Below, in pieces: positions 51,193 to 64,000 of a stretch of DNA of 64,000 nt. The translations under genes and the position numbers were made by a program. Origin of the DNA: Stylophora pistillata (Eukaryota); assembly GCF_002571385.2 (NCBI RefSeq), contig NW_019218159.1, forward strand, positions 151,990 through 215,989, given 5' to 3'. Position 1 is the first letter of the stretch, and every line of letters starts with the position of its first letter. Below the pieces are notes generated by a model. It did not search any database, was not told where the DNA came from, and worked only from the letters and a program-made list of their open reading frames with translations.

Positions 51193-51911
51193 GGGCGCTT
51201 TCTATTCGACCCAAAATTCCAGAAAGTCTGGGTGGGGGAGTGAATGGAACAGACAATTCCCGGAATTTCATTCCGGAATTTTGGGTGTACCTTGCGAGGT
51301 TGGCCTAAAATTCCGGAAAATCGGAATAACCGGAAAACTCCTTTCCATTCAAACATTCCTTATTGGGCCCAGTTTCTCCGAGCCCGGAATCGAACTAAAC
51401 ATGGCGGAAGCTTGCCATGCCCAATATATTAGTGCTCGTCGTGTTTTTATGCGGCAGATGATTTAAATACATTATTGCATCATTGTTCCATCGGAGTGGC
51501 CACAGCAAACTTTCGTAAGTAGTGCGAAAATACGTATAAGCTACGTGTGACGTCTTAAAGGAATGTGATAAGTGACGAGCACACTTTCTAATTGCAAAGC
51601 AAATATTCCCGCCATTACCTGGGTTGAGTAAATGCATGTATTTTGCAGCGGGAAGGTTTACTTTTCGCATTCTTTATCGTCGTCCTCGCCTAATACATCG
51701 CTTGATTCAACTTCAGAGTCGTCAAACAACTCCAAAGCAAGTAAAAGAGACAGAGTCTGCCATATTTTTTTCCCATTTGTTTATTTTGTCCTAACTTGAA
51801 ACATGTTGGCCTGGGACGACTTGGTGCAACCAACCGGAAAATACTGTTCCATTCGTCACATGAAATACCCGGAATTTCAAACCATAATTTTTGGTCGAAT
51901 GGAGAGCCCCC
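51193..51911. mobile_element. PIF/Harbinger-type MITE nested in the right arm of the foldback
   Basis: TIRs GGGCGCTTTCTATTCGACC / GGTCGAATGGAGAGCCCCC; 3-bp TSD CTA; the left arm shows the empty site (GACCTAAAT on the minus strand). Confidence 0.85.
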
Positions 51912-52618
51912 CTAAATTCCTACAGACTCGCACCCGGAAAGAAATCCTTGGACCTTCAGACAATAAAACCTGACTTACAGACATTCTACAGTCTAAGTAA
52001 GTGCACTGAGCTGTTCATTTGCGATTATTTTGTGATTCATCGTGGATAATTACGATTGCAAATTAACGAAAGCAGCGCCATACAGGTATGTAAAAATCTC
52101 ACATTTCCTCTTCGCTTTATTTTCTTCCTGCAATAATAGCCATGAATATTTTTACGGAATGTGGTGATCTCATGCACGGTTGTTGAGTGTGTGTAGCTCC
52201 TGATATCTAGTTTTGTCCCATTACGGAGAAATCGCAATTTAAAAAGTACCACTTTTCGGCTTAGTCAGGTAGTGGCATATTTGACGCGACGACAGTGTTT
52301 ACATTTATTAAGATACTCTACCTTTGTGATCACACTTGGAAAGTTGATGTATTAAACTGTTGTATTCCAGAATATCTCTCGTATTGAATCATTTTTGACA
52401 GCGTGCGATCCTAATAAAGATTGCTCATTTTGTGTACACAAATGATGTCAATTTCACGATTCGACCTATGTGCGGAAAATTGTTCAAAAATAAAAAAACT
52501 TTTGAAATCTGAGGAAAACCACTTTTGTTCCGATGATAGACAATGGTTTCCTTATCCACATGCAAAGTTTAAGGCAAGATTTATTTTGAACCAAGTTCGA
52601 GTGGTCGGAAATGACAGA

Positions 52619-52777
52619 TGAATAAAGGCTGATAGTTTCTAAAGAAACTGTTTGGGGCTGCATCGGTGGGGGTAACGAAATAATTTGGATATATCAACAA
52701 AGTTGAAATGGTAAATTGGCCACCGTAACGATTACAAAAGCTGACGTTTCGAGCGTTAGCCCTTCGTCGGAGCGAAT
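52619..52777 (-). mobile_element. Penelope-like terminal fragment with minimal hammerhead (52740-52773), inserted in the right TIR
   Basis: Minus strand GCT-CCGACGA-AGGGCTAACGCTC-GAAA-CG-TC-AGC; imperfect 11-bp TSD GAAAT[G/T]ACAGA at 52608-52618 and 52778-52788. Confidence 0.75.
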
Positions 52778-53221
52778 GAAATTACAGAAACACGCTCGTA
52801 GTAGTGAAAATATGGCCTGAACGGGATTTGAACCCATGACCTTTGCGCTACCGCAGTGCACATATATGTTTTTCATATATTCAATTCCTTGATTCATCAC
52901 TTCACGAGTTTAATACAAACCAACATAATGACCACCTCCCAGTTGGCTTGTTAGCTCAGTTGGTAGAGCACTGCACCGGTAAAGAAGTTCTTAATATTGT
53001 TAAACGAATTCTCTTTGTCGACACGTTAGGAAATGCATAGAGAACAGTATGGGGAAAATGGAAAACTGGAGCTAGGTTGCAAGGGGGGAAAAAGATCCTC
53101 GAAAACTTCCCTCGATTGCAAAAAAACATTTGAATAATATATTTCGGATCACTCACAGTTTCTGGGAAACCACTCCATTTTCTATCGTCACGATTTATAA
53201 GTCACTCGATAAACGATTTAA

Positions 53222-53357
53222 AGCGAGACTCGTTTGTTTGTGAATAGAAACGAGACTCGTTTAAAGAAACGAGACTCGTTTGTAGAAACGAGACTCGTTT
53301 AACGAAACGAGACTCGTTTTACGAAACGAGGCTCGTTTTACGAAACGAGGCTCGTTT
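53222..53357. repeat. Tandem array of quasi-palindromic AAACGAGACTCGTTT units (MITE subterminal repeat)
   Basis: About 7 units; followed by GGTTAGGGTTAG at about 53425. Confidence 0.8.
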
Positions 53358-53694
53358 GGCAATTTTTGGCTTTTGGCGCATGCGCCGATGTATAGCAGAG
53401 TGTTTTAGGCAGGCCTCGGATTAAGGTTAGGGTTAGCGCTGAGATATTCGGGCAATACGTTATGGTAAGTTCTATTTTCTTTGTCTTGGGATGGTAAAGT
53501 GCAGGGAAGGCCTTGACCAATATTATTATATAGCTGGTAGCAAAAATTTCAGTACATAAAAAAAGTACTGAATATTTGTGTCGAATACAAATCGTCAATC
53601 TCACCAAATAAGCTTACAACGATACACTTAGACTGCTTATAATTCTCTCATTATCCAGGTCCTGAATCCTTGCCACGCCAGTCTCATAAGGGCT

Positions 53695-54715
53695 TCATAC
53701 ACGAGTAAGTCGCTTTAGAACTTCTGCAATAGAACCCCCTGCTATCACATCACACTCTACACACAGTTCTCGCGAGCCAGCATCCTGGAAGCGCTTGCCA
53801 GTGATGGACAACATGGTGCATGCTGTGTGGAATACTTCCATTTTCATAACCATATCTTTAAATTTCGCGCTTTGTTTCCATTGTCCCTCGCTTGCCTTTG
53901 TATACAGTGTTAAGTCAAAGACGAAGACGATGCTCTTTAAGTTGAGCGTGTTCTTTACCTTGAGAGACTGCACTAGAACCTTCTGAACGGTAGCCATGTC
54001 CGTAGCAGGTACATCGATACTCGGGAGATACCTGTTGACAGCCAGGAGACAGTTGAACCTCAGTAAGGACAGAAATGTTAAATCCATTCTAGCCACTGGC
54101 TTTTTGGTTCCCGCGCCAGAAAGGGTCTCCTCCAATCTCTCTATATTATCCCACGGGAGTGTTGCGTTGATATATGGCTTGATAGTTTCAAGCAAAGGAA
54201 CGATTCTCATGCCCCCATCGGTGTGGTATCTGGATAAGTTGAACATTGTTCGGCATACAGTAACAGTATTTGCTTGGGTGGTTTTTGTAATCCTGCCGTA
54301 ACTCCTTAAATAGTGTCCTGGCCAAAAGAGGTAACAAGGCGCCGGACGCAATCTGAATATTCTCCTGAGATGTGTGTGTTGCCAGTTAGGAGAGTATAGA
54401 AACGCATCTAGTTCTTCTGAAAGTTTGACTGCACTATCACACAGCTCGGTAGATTTCGGAGGCCATGACATCTTACTAATATTTGGGTGAAGTGCATCGC
54501 AGAAGTACAGGCCAGCTTAAGCTTGCTGAATTTCCTTGATTTGAGATGTAGAGATGTTGGGGTAGAACGAAAAGCTTTCTATTATCCAAGAGCGGGTAAG
54601 ACGTCAGCTTCTCCCAGGTCAAACAGCTGATAAGCCTTGGATTTTGCAATACATGTGATCGAAGAAACTCAAAGATTTGTGGTGGCAAAATAACTTGTTC
54701 ATATTCGATCACCAG
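53695..54715 (-). pseudogene. Degenerate DNA-transposase fragment, Academ-like
   Basis: YLPSIDVPATDMATVQKVL...VFDLTLYTKA...W....FHTACTML...GKRFQDAG; frameshifted upstream. The family call is tentative. Confidence 0.55.
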
Positions 54716-56619
54716 CTTTCGAATATTTGTAAGTATGTAAGCTAATTAGCAGAAAATAATACTTACTATTTATTTTGTTTTCTTTTTTAATAACTGAAGC
54801 TTTGACTTTTAGAAGCCTAATCGCTCTAGATTTTGGGCAAAGTGCGCCAAAAAACGTGGAGGTTGTACAAGAACTTCAACGCACCTACCAGGCAGCGATG
54901 CCGCCATCTTGGAAATTATTCATGATGCCTTTCGAGATTCACTATGTTTTGATTTAGTTTTCTTTCAAATAAAATCGTAAAAGTGTGGCTTTGAGCCGGA
55001 TATAATTTTGAAATAATATATTATGTTAAAGATACTGATTTAGGTAACACTCTCATTTTCGCCCCCCCTGAGTGGTGATGAGAACCTACTTTGGCCCATG
55101 GACTATTTCTGTTGCTGAACAACACGCGTGCTCTGGTATATTTCCATCGAAGTATTTCACATTGAACATGATTCAGTTTGCTAAATCAAGTTATCCTTTT
55201 TTTTTAAAGATGAAAGAGAATTACGGAAATTTCACATGGTGCAATTTTTTAAGCTGATTTTGTTTAAATATTTTGATTTTGCTTCAATAATAAAATTAAT
55301 TAAAAATGGCATTGCTTTCGTTCTGTAACAACTTTGAGCTCAACTCGTATCCTTTGGAAATTGCCTTTAGTCAGTATAACGATATTCATCTTACAACTAG
55401 AGTTTTCAAAACCTCGGATGATAGTTATGAGTTTCAGTTTTTGGACAAGATTCAGCTCTCAGCATTGGGTATTCATCATTTAACCATGTATCACACACAC
55501 TGGAGGCACTTGGATTCATTTTCTTTTGCAACAGGCACAGTCGCAGTGGCCATGGTATCAAGCAAGTCAGGAGTTATTTTTTTTTTCATTTCTTTAATAA
55601 GCTGCGCCATGTGAAATCTTGAAGGGTTGTCTCTTCAAAATCTTAAAACTATAGACTTTCTGAGTTTGGAGAATGTGGCTATAAGAAAAACATAATCGTG
55701 TTGCTTTCATTCCACACATCCAATCGATCTCTTGTAGCCGTATGGCAAATTTGCGGTTTTGGGTCAATGATAATCTTATTTGTATTATAAAGAACATAAA
55801 AGATATTCTTTAAATTATAAAATAATACATTTACAAGTGCAGAGAACTTCGCACACATGTAATTTAAAGTTCTCTGCCAATTTAAGTAAAGGTATAGGCT
55901 TTTAAAGGGATAATTTAATGTATCGCAAGCTAAGATTCATATATAAATATGAAAGGAAACCCTCTGTATTAACATCTGAAGTTTCTTCTCGGATTACCCT
56001 AGACGTCGGAGCGATGGATTTTCAGAACGGTTTACTTTTAAGTGTAAGCAGATAGTGAAAGTGTAGCCTGAGAAAGGCTTTGAATTGTGACGCACCTCCT
56101 TTCTGTGTTTTCAAACACAAAAGCCTTTTTACGCGATTTTCTTTACATATCAAGAAAAACATCTCGATTTCTCCTTTGATGTTGATTACAGGATTGTAGC
56201 AAGCATGCCCGACAAAAGTTTTCTTTTTTTTTAATTTCTTATTTCATGCTATTCTGATATCTTACTTTTCTACATTTACATATCCGCTCGCTTGCACCGG
56301 CTCTACAATTTCTTATTTTCTACATTTTATTCCAAAAAAGTTAATGAAATGACTTATATCTACTTGTACATCTTTGGCAGGAATAACAGCAATCCATCGT
56401 TTCATGAAAAACATCTTCCCGTCATTGCTACATGCAGCGGCTTTGGTTGGATGTTTTCCACGCATCAAGTGGCAGTTTAGCAGTTTACAATGGAAAACTT
56501 TAATTAAGGCAAAAAAAAAAAAAAAAAACTGTTAAAGCATCGATCGATCTCTTCAGAAAAACACCCTTTCTGTGTTGAGTCCATCATTTTTTTCAATAAA
56601 CCAATAAAAAAAATTGAAT

Positions 56620-57650
56620 TGCCGTATTCTGATTCTTGCTCGCAGAAAGTTAAGAAATCTCCAATTAAATCCATATATAATTAAACTATACCCGAGTTTA
56701 TTGAAAGGTAGAAACCAAAGCATTTGCTACAATAATATTTCTTTTGATTGGAAATCCTTGAATCAAGGTACTACTCAAGGTAGCGTAAGCGGACCCTATC
56801 TATTCCGTATCTTTATAAATGATCTAGAGATCTACTTAGATACCCTGCTTGTGTTATTCTAGTATGCTGATGTTTCAAATATCATTGCCCGTGTTTACAA
56901 AGTTAAAAACATGTCTGAGGCATTGGTCAAACATTTCTTAGAATGCATAGAAAGGAATCGAATGTTATGTAACCGTAGCAAATGTAAGGAGCTTAGAGTC
57001 CTTGAAAGGCAATCATGAATTGTACCCTCCTGTATTCGGGATCCCTAGTTGTACTTATGTGAGCATTCTAGGTGTCACCCTTCAGAGCGACTGTAAGTTC
57101 AATACACATGTTAAATGCCTCTATGTCCTTAGACGTCTACGTAAAGAGGGGTATAAGCAGACTTTCTATTCGATTCCTTAGTACTTCCAATTTCATGTAT
57201 GCCCGTATGGAGCATCAGACTCCGACCTCACCCCAGTACAATGTTTCTTAGATCATTGTTGGAAAAGGAATTTTATTACAAGAAATCACCATTTACGATC
57301 AATTTTACAGAAGCAGTAGTATTTTTAAAAAGTTTTCTAAGGCCGCCAATCACCCCTGTCGCTTTTCATTCCGCTTGTAAAGGGCTGCAGCTATAATTTA
57401 CGGACGAGGTCTGGCACCCGAACAAGCATCAAAAGTAAACGTTTTAAAAATACATTCGTTAGTCGTTTAATTTTTAGACATAACTTAGATGACAATTTTA
57501 ACCGTAATCAGGTGGCAAATTTAATTTTGTGGAATTATTAACCTTTTAACTCAAATTGCTTGTAACATTAGGAATGTATTTTTATGTTTTGAATCAATAA
57601 AGACCATTATTAATATTATTATTATCATTTTTATTATTATTTATCATTAT
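56620..57650 (+). mobile_element. CR1/L2 LINE RT and 3' fragment, degenerate
   Basis: QGTTQGSVSGPYLFRIFINDL...YADV (RT motifs), N.SKCKEL; AATAAA and (TTA)n-like tail. Confidence 0.85.
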
Positions 57651-59210
57651 TAAGCGCGCTTATTTAATTTTTGGGCTTTCAGGGTGGGCGCTTATTCGAG
57701 GATGGGCGCTTATGGTAACCCATTCTCCCCAAAGTGATACCGCTGACAAAAGCCAAGACGCCCCTGGGCTCGAGATTGAACTATCCCACGCCGAAAAAGG
57801 TCCTTGAGGTTAACAGTAAGAGAATAAAGCCTTTGTCTCAAAACGAATCAACCGCAATGTCATTCAAATTTTTACTTTGCCATCAAGGTCGTAATGTTAC
57901 ATCTTCGATTTACCGGCTTCGTGCACGCCTTCAGCCTTATATTTTTCTCCCTTCGATGTTTTTTTAAATTTTTAACAAGCACTCTTTTAGCAGTTGAACA
58001 CCAACATAGCGCTAACTCGCCGAAAACGCTTCAAAATGGCCTGAGACGCTAGGAATCAACAAAGAACACAACAAGGTAAGTCCATCTTATTTCAAAACAA
58101 GACATTTCTTTCTCTCTTTTAAGGCAAACCGAGAACATCCCATACCATTCTTTATAAATATAAAACGTTGCGCAACACGGTAAGAGTCACGTCTGCTTTT
58201 CTAGTAGTAAGCTTGGGCTGCCTGTGCAATGGTAAGCGTGTGTCGAGAATGGCAATCGTTTTAGAAGTTGCATAACGGGAATGTAGTGGAATAGATCGCG
58301 TAAACAATCCATTTCTGTGACATGATGACACATCTATGCTTTTGAAATGATACCGGTGGCTACGTTGTGTACGAGGGAAGAGTCGAGAGCCGGGTAAGTA
58401 CGTGATTAAATTAAGCTGAATTTTATAAGTTCACAGTTCAACTTACGTTACAAGTAAGCTAGTGTCACGTAGTCTTAGTACTATATCATACATGCCAAGC
58501 AAAGGTTTTGATTACCCTCCAATAGCCAAAGGGGTTTTGGGCGGAATTACGCGAAACAATTCCATGTTTGAATAAATTTGGCCCCAACGTTCCATTATTC
58601 AATAACTATTTACAATCAGGCTTGTTTACTGGAGGTTTGAGATGGATCAAAATCGAACGCAGCTCCCACAAGGACTGGGGAAATTTTTCTTTATAAAGTT
58701 CCCTGTGAAATCTGTGTCACTACGTTCCGAAAGTAAAGATGACCCACGATCTGAACTTGAAGTGAGTTCGCTTGTAAACGAGGATACGGTCTTAAAATTA
58801 CTTTGATTTGGAGTCTGGCCCAGTTAAAACGCCCAATTTTTCTAGGACACGGAGAAGCTAATCAACTACTTTACCCAAGTACATCAAAAGATCGATTTTT
58901 AACTCTGTCATGTTGGTTCGTTCCGAAGATTACCTTTATCTTGGATTAAAAATTAAAACTAATGTTAATAAGTAAATGTGTAACGAGCGTGACCAAGCAA
59001 CTATCATTATGCGTTGTTTGCGGTATCATTTGTCTCCAAATTTCTTACTCAATAAACAATTCAAAAAGAAAGCTCCTAACTGGGTCAAGGCCTTTTCTTG
59101 TTATTTCCATAATATTAGGTAAATCTTAGTCAGTAGGGCTTGTTTTGTCCCTGTGAAAAGGTTATTCACTTGAAAAACGATTGTGAGGGTGACACGTAAT
59201 TTTTTTCAAT

Positions 59211-59372
59211 TCTGGTTGGCTCGCTGAGAATAAGTCTGGTTGGCTCGCTGAGAATAAGTCTGGTTGGCTCGCTGAGAATGAGTCTGGTTGGCTCGCTGAG
59301 AATAATTCTGGTTGGCTCGCTGAGAATAAGTCTAGTTGGCTCGCTGAGAACGATTCTGGTTGACTCACTGAG
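59211..59372. repeat. 24-bp minisatellite TCTGGTTGGCTCGCTGAGAATAAG (6-7 units)
   Basis: Direct tandem units. Confidence 0.95.
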
Positions 59373-61228
59373 ATGTTTGGTATTGCTATAATAAAAAATT
59401 ATTTCGGCCAACATTTCTGAAATAGGATTAGTTGTAGTGGGAGTATGTCTTTCTGTCATTAGAAAGACATACTCCCACTTGTTTTTTCTTCTTTTTTCCC
59501 CAGTACAACTGTCTAATGGCAAGTGATGGATCTTTACATTGTGACAATAAAGCTGTGAATGAATAGAGGTGGTAGGTGTGAATGATTTAAATCTTATTGT
59601 AGAATTTTAAAGTAACATACCCCACCTTTCCCCCCCCCCCCAAAAAAAAAAAAAAAAAAAATAATCAGAATACTAAATGCCAAGTTGTCAGCCCTTTCTC
59701 TTACAAGTTAGTTGATTTCTGGCACTTAATTTAATTCATAACTTCCTATTCTTTTTTTTTTTTAATTCTCTTCCTTGCCATGGTCATAATCACTGCCATT
59801 TCTGGGTTTACCTTATTTATCATTTTTGGCCAAGAGTTCCTTCTTGTCTCTTGGAGTCAAATCATCCATCTAGAAGGCTTTTTTTAGTTTAAGAGTGTTT
59901 CATCTTCCTATTACCCATGTCTGTCATCTTACACTGACTTTCACTCAAAATTCGCACCTAACTCTTTGTATTTGTTTCTCTTCCACAGTCGATGACTGGG
60001 ATGGGAATTCACAGAAATACAAACCAATGTTATTTATCGTGTGTTAACTAAATCTTAAATATTAATAAAAGTCATCGAAATATACTGGCTGACTGATCCA
60101 AAATAGTTATGGTAGCATGGGAAAAAGTAGGGAGATAATAAGAACCATCTGAATTAAATTACTGAGACTGACCCGCTCTCGCCTTTGCCAGAAGAAAGTT
60201 ATCGTGTAGACACAAGAGAAAAACATGCTTTCCTGACTGAGGATGATGTGGGTCAACGGCCAGGTATCTCTCGGTGCGCGGTGTGCGCACTCTGATTGCA
60301 TTGCATTGTGGTAGCGTTATTTTCGGTACGCTGGTAAAAGAGGTAGAAAAGGGTAAAGTCTGACCGAATATTCCGAATAAGTTGGGCCTTTTCTTTTTCT
60401 TTTCACTGTGGGTAAATACAATTTGATGTATTCTGAACGTGTAGAAGTACTTTTCGCGGGTATTTGTCACGTATTATATCTTTCTCAAGCACAAACCCAA
60501 GCACTGTATATTAGCCTGTAATTTGAGACCGGTTTTCGAGCATATTCAACTTCATATTCGTTCTACGTCGTAGTTTCAAGCCTATCAAAGATTTGTATGG
60601 CCACTTTGATCCTTATTCAATAGCTCTGAACAAAAGCGCTCCAAAGGTACAAATTTTGTGTGCATTTTAAGCGATAGTGTTTGAGACCTCTTGTGGAGCG
60701 AAAAGGCACATCGTTCTGTTTAGTGTGTTGCGTTACTTAGCGTTACTACTGCAAGGGCATTGATCAATCGCGCTATAAATCCACTTTCTAAGTTAAGGAA
60801 AAGTAAATGATGGCGTGTGTTATATGGTTTATCTTCTATCTTGATCATTGAATGAAGGAAAATTGATTAGAGCAATGAAAAGAGTCACTTGATCCATTAA
60901 AACTCTGCCTTGCGTGAGGCGACACGTCGGAACTGCCAGAAAGCAAAAGGCAGTCTAATGAAAGTTGTTGATAGACCTGTGCGTCTCCTACCATTCGCTA
61001 GCGCTTTTAAAGCTTCTACCCTCAAAGTTCAGCTCTTACTAGGACATCTCTCGATGACTTTCCTTTGCGATGTGATAATAAGGGTCAGTTTTGAGGTTTC
61101 ATAATTCTACATTTGTATATTGAAGTTTGGCAAAGCCGGATAAGATTGTGTTATTAAGATTGTGTTATTTTATTTGCGCCGGCTATTTTTTGGATTTAAG
61201 AGTATACCTCTCTACTGAAGTAATAACT

Positions 61229-61380
61229 CCAGGCTTCGGTTGTTCGAAGGATGGATAACGCTATACACTGGATAAATCTCTATCCGGTGGATAGCGCTGT
61301 ACGTTTTGTTAACACTTATCCGCTGGATAGCGATTTATCCATTGGATAGCGCTATCCGCTCTTTGAACAACCGGGCCCAG
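61229..61380. mobile_element. Short palindromic MITE (GGATAACGCTATCC/GGATAG type)
   Basis: CGGTTGTTCGAAG...TTTGAACAACCG termini; related fragments at about 19865-19940 and 42540-42590. Confidence 0.7.
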
Positions 61381-62596
61381 AAAAACGTTTCTCAAACCCC
61401 TCGTATAGGTTTCCTGTATTCTCGAAGGGTATTTTGAAACTCTTTGTTTTCACTAAACGTGGAACGCGACCAAGTCGTTCTTAGGAGGCCTAGGGCTTCC
61501 GTTTTTACAAATCCAGTGTTTACGCTTAGTGGATGAAGTTGGTTTACTTATTACAAGGCCTCTTTCTCTCTAATATGCGTTTACATGTCAAGGGGAAATT
61601 CAGAGTTGAATAACTTGCTTCAAGGAATATAATTACTGACTTTGAAATTACTCATCCCGCCATCCGTTGCGAGTTTATCAAACGCCATTGGTGTCGAGAT
61701 TTTTAGGCAGATTGCAGTTTCGAATCTTTTTCAATAACGCCAATTGCCTACTAGGAACGAATTCGTCACAGAGGAACGGCAGGAGTCGCGTAGGCCCATC
61801 AAACGTTTTAACTTTCGAAGGAATGGCAACAGACTGTGAATTCCCATTACAATCCACGTAATATTCACGCCGTATCTCGCTGCCACCGAAGATGTTCGCT
61901 TCAACGCGTCCAGATGCAAATGCCTCAAGTTTGGTTCTGCGCAATTAGAGTGCGCACACCGCCTGGTCTACACTAGTGTTAATAAAACCTTTTGGCTAAT
62001 TGATTTTGTTATTTCGTGCACAACATGGATCTCCACTATTTTAGTAGTTTAAAGAGAGAGAATCCTTCAAGGATAATTCGATGGCTTCAAAACCGGGGAT
62101 TATTGGCCAATCCATTGCAGTCCAGCAAGTGCAACCAAGACATGATAATGGTTCAACGAGCCGATGCCCACGTTGACGGATTTCGATGGTAGGGAAGAGT
62201 ATTTGTATCCTAGATTTTGCATGAAAGTAATTATGGATCAAGTTTTGAGGCCTCAGATATTTTAGTCTTCGTTTTGTAGTATTCCGGTTAAAGATTATTT
62301 TGTCGAAGTCGATGGAAACTTTTACACGAAAGAACGTTATCCTATTAAGACTAAGAAGCTCAGCAATATGACCATAATTATGGTAAGTTAAAATCAATCT
62401 CATTTAATATCCAACTTGATCTGTTTGTAGAAGGAAAATAAAAGAGAAAAAAAGTACCAAAAAAAGTACAAAAACCAAAACAGCCTCAACATAAGTACTT
62501 TAGTGAACTTCTGCTCGTAGTTTATTCTTCTTGAACGACAGGGACCAGGTGGGCCACGGCTGACGCCCCATTTGCACTTGATAAAATGGTAATCAA

Positions 62597-63015
62597 TAGG
62601 CCTTTTGCAGCCGGGGTCACGTGATCAATATTAGATATATATTATGGGATACAACTTGAAGAATACTAGAGATGGAAAGAGCATATCGAAAATACCAAAA
62701 CGACCAAGTTTGGGCCCCGGGAATTACAGAGCACTGTTTTTACAGCGGTTTGAACTTTCGGAAAATTTAGAGGATTTGTATGGAAAATGTTGCTGGAGAG
62801 CAAGGCCTTGCTCTCCAGCAACTTTTTCCATATAAACCTTCTTATTTATTACAAAATTCAGAGTGTCATCAAATCTCATTTTTGAATAATGGAGGCCTCA
62901 AACTTGGCTATTTTGTTATTTTCGAAATGCTTTTTCCTTTTCTGAATTCGGCTAAGTTATAGCCCATAATTTCATGAAAAGTAGGTCACGTGACGGCTTA
63001 GCTGCAAAAGGCCTA
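62597..63015. mobile_element. MITE with TAGGCCTTTTGCAGC TIRs
   Basis: TAGGCCTTTTGCAGC...GTCACGTGA / TCACGTGAC...GCTGCAAAAGGCCTA. Confidence 0.8.
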
Positions 63016-63176
63016 TTGTAATTAAAAAGGATGTATGATTCCCTTGTCATCATTTATTCTCTTTTTCATTTCCCCCCCTTTTTTTTTATTGTGACGGATA
63101 TGTGGATATCTAGATATTCACGCATCCCGAAAATTTTTTAAAACGGTAGTCTCACCTAGTCTCAATCTTTTTTCAG

Positions 63177-64000
63177 GAGATGCTTTACTTGCAAGATGAA
63201 ACGAAGCATTAGGACAAATTCTTTCTTTACCAAGTTTCCGAAGCAATCTCTAAGGCAGCTCATTATGCTGATATACTTCTGGTCGGTGGATCTAAGCCGT
63301 AAGAAGACGACGCGGATGCTGGCCCTCTCCAACAACCTGGTTTGCAAAGTATTTCGTGCCTTGGAGGATATTTGTTCCGTGGAATTAACGACAAATCTAT
63401 TCCTCCCGTTTCCAGCCGGAGGAGCGGCCGTTGTGAAATGTGACGAGAGTAAATTTAACCATAAAGCAAAGGTAAATTCAAAACTTGCTAAGTTTTAAGT
63501 AGCAGCATTTAATCAAACAAATTCCACCCGAGCTGACGTATTCGTATTTAAAAAAAACCCATAGAAATTTTACTCAAAGTACACGATTAGCAGCAAGATT
63601 TCAAAAAAACCTAGTATACGGCTTAAAAGTTGATAGTGTAAAATATTTAAGGGTGAGTCACTGTTTCCTGTCAAGTTACTCTACAAATATACTGTGCTGG
63701 AAAATCTTTGTTAAAACATTTCCCGATGTCTGAGGCAGTTACATAGAAAAAGCAATGAACGATATATTCTATGTTAGTACAACAGAGGAAGACGAGCCCC
63801 AGACGTCTGGGTGTTTGGTGTCCTATACACCGCCACAAGTCCAGCCAAAGGCTTCTACCAGGTAATCAGGCGTAGGGATCGGGCCACTCTTTAGCCAATT
63901 TTGGCCAAGTGCCTGCAACCAAGAAGCACTGTGTATAAAGACGACTGGGGAGCATATCGCAATCTACAAAGACACTTGCCAAATCGAGTCGCATATCATC
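63177..64000 (+). pseudogene. Intron-containing Merlin/ISXO2 (IS1595-family) transposase with premature stop; exons 63177-63471 and 63778 to the window end
   Basis: Spliced translation RCFTCKMKRSIRTNSFF...VKCDESKFNHKAK|YNRGRR...WVFG...RRDRATL*PIL...STVYKDDWGAY. GT-AG phase-0 intron 63472-63777; in-frame TAG at 63892-63894. Confidence 0.8.

Larger units (their letters stand above)
49040..52797. mobile_element. Foldback DNA transposon derivative, Sola3-like (GAG termini, TTAA on the left, arms of about 1.25 kb)
   Basis: 49040-50288 is the reverse complement of 50659-52797 once two insertions are removed. Termini GAGCGTGTCTCTGTAATTTC / GAAATTACAGAAACACGCTC. The superfamily call rests on recalled Sola3 hallmarks. 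Confidence 0.7.

Noticed and set aside
53420-53440. Interstitial telomere (GGTTAGGGTTAG)
   Set aside because: Only about two units, lying inside a MITE-like repeat.
59162-59522. (LSEPTRLI)n and (FSASQPDL)n repeat proteins
   Set aside because: A 24-bp minisatellite is open in two frames, with no coding context.

Overview
AT-rich eukaryotic DNA with GT-AG splice signals, LINE/SINE/MITE debris and Penelope-type hammerhead tails. The repeat types suggest a cnidarian, probably a stony coral (inference). There are two main signals. (1) A co-oriented minus-strand cluster of about 40 kb holds at least seven short single-pass membrane genes, each with an uninterrupted CDS, plus the first exon of a possible eighth. 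Six end in a double PY module (one upstream motif degenerate) with a final PPxYE[EDH][VA]. All seven have juxtamembrane cysteines and nearly lysine-free tails. They look like an expanded, divergent array of WBP1/VOPP1/PMEPA1/Shisa-like NEDD4-family E3 adaptors; one member has no PY motif. (2) At the left edge is a 244-bp tandem array in which every unit carries an intact type I hammerhead ribozyme (non-LTR retrozyme), apparently antisense inside an intron. Also present: an orphan 456-aa acidic ORF, a 3.8-kb Sola3-like foldback element with nested insertions, R4/Dong and CR1/L2 LINE fragments, an Academ-like fragment and an intron-containing Merlin/ISXO2 transposase pseudogene. No database searches were run; all family names come from motif recognition.
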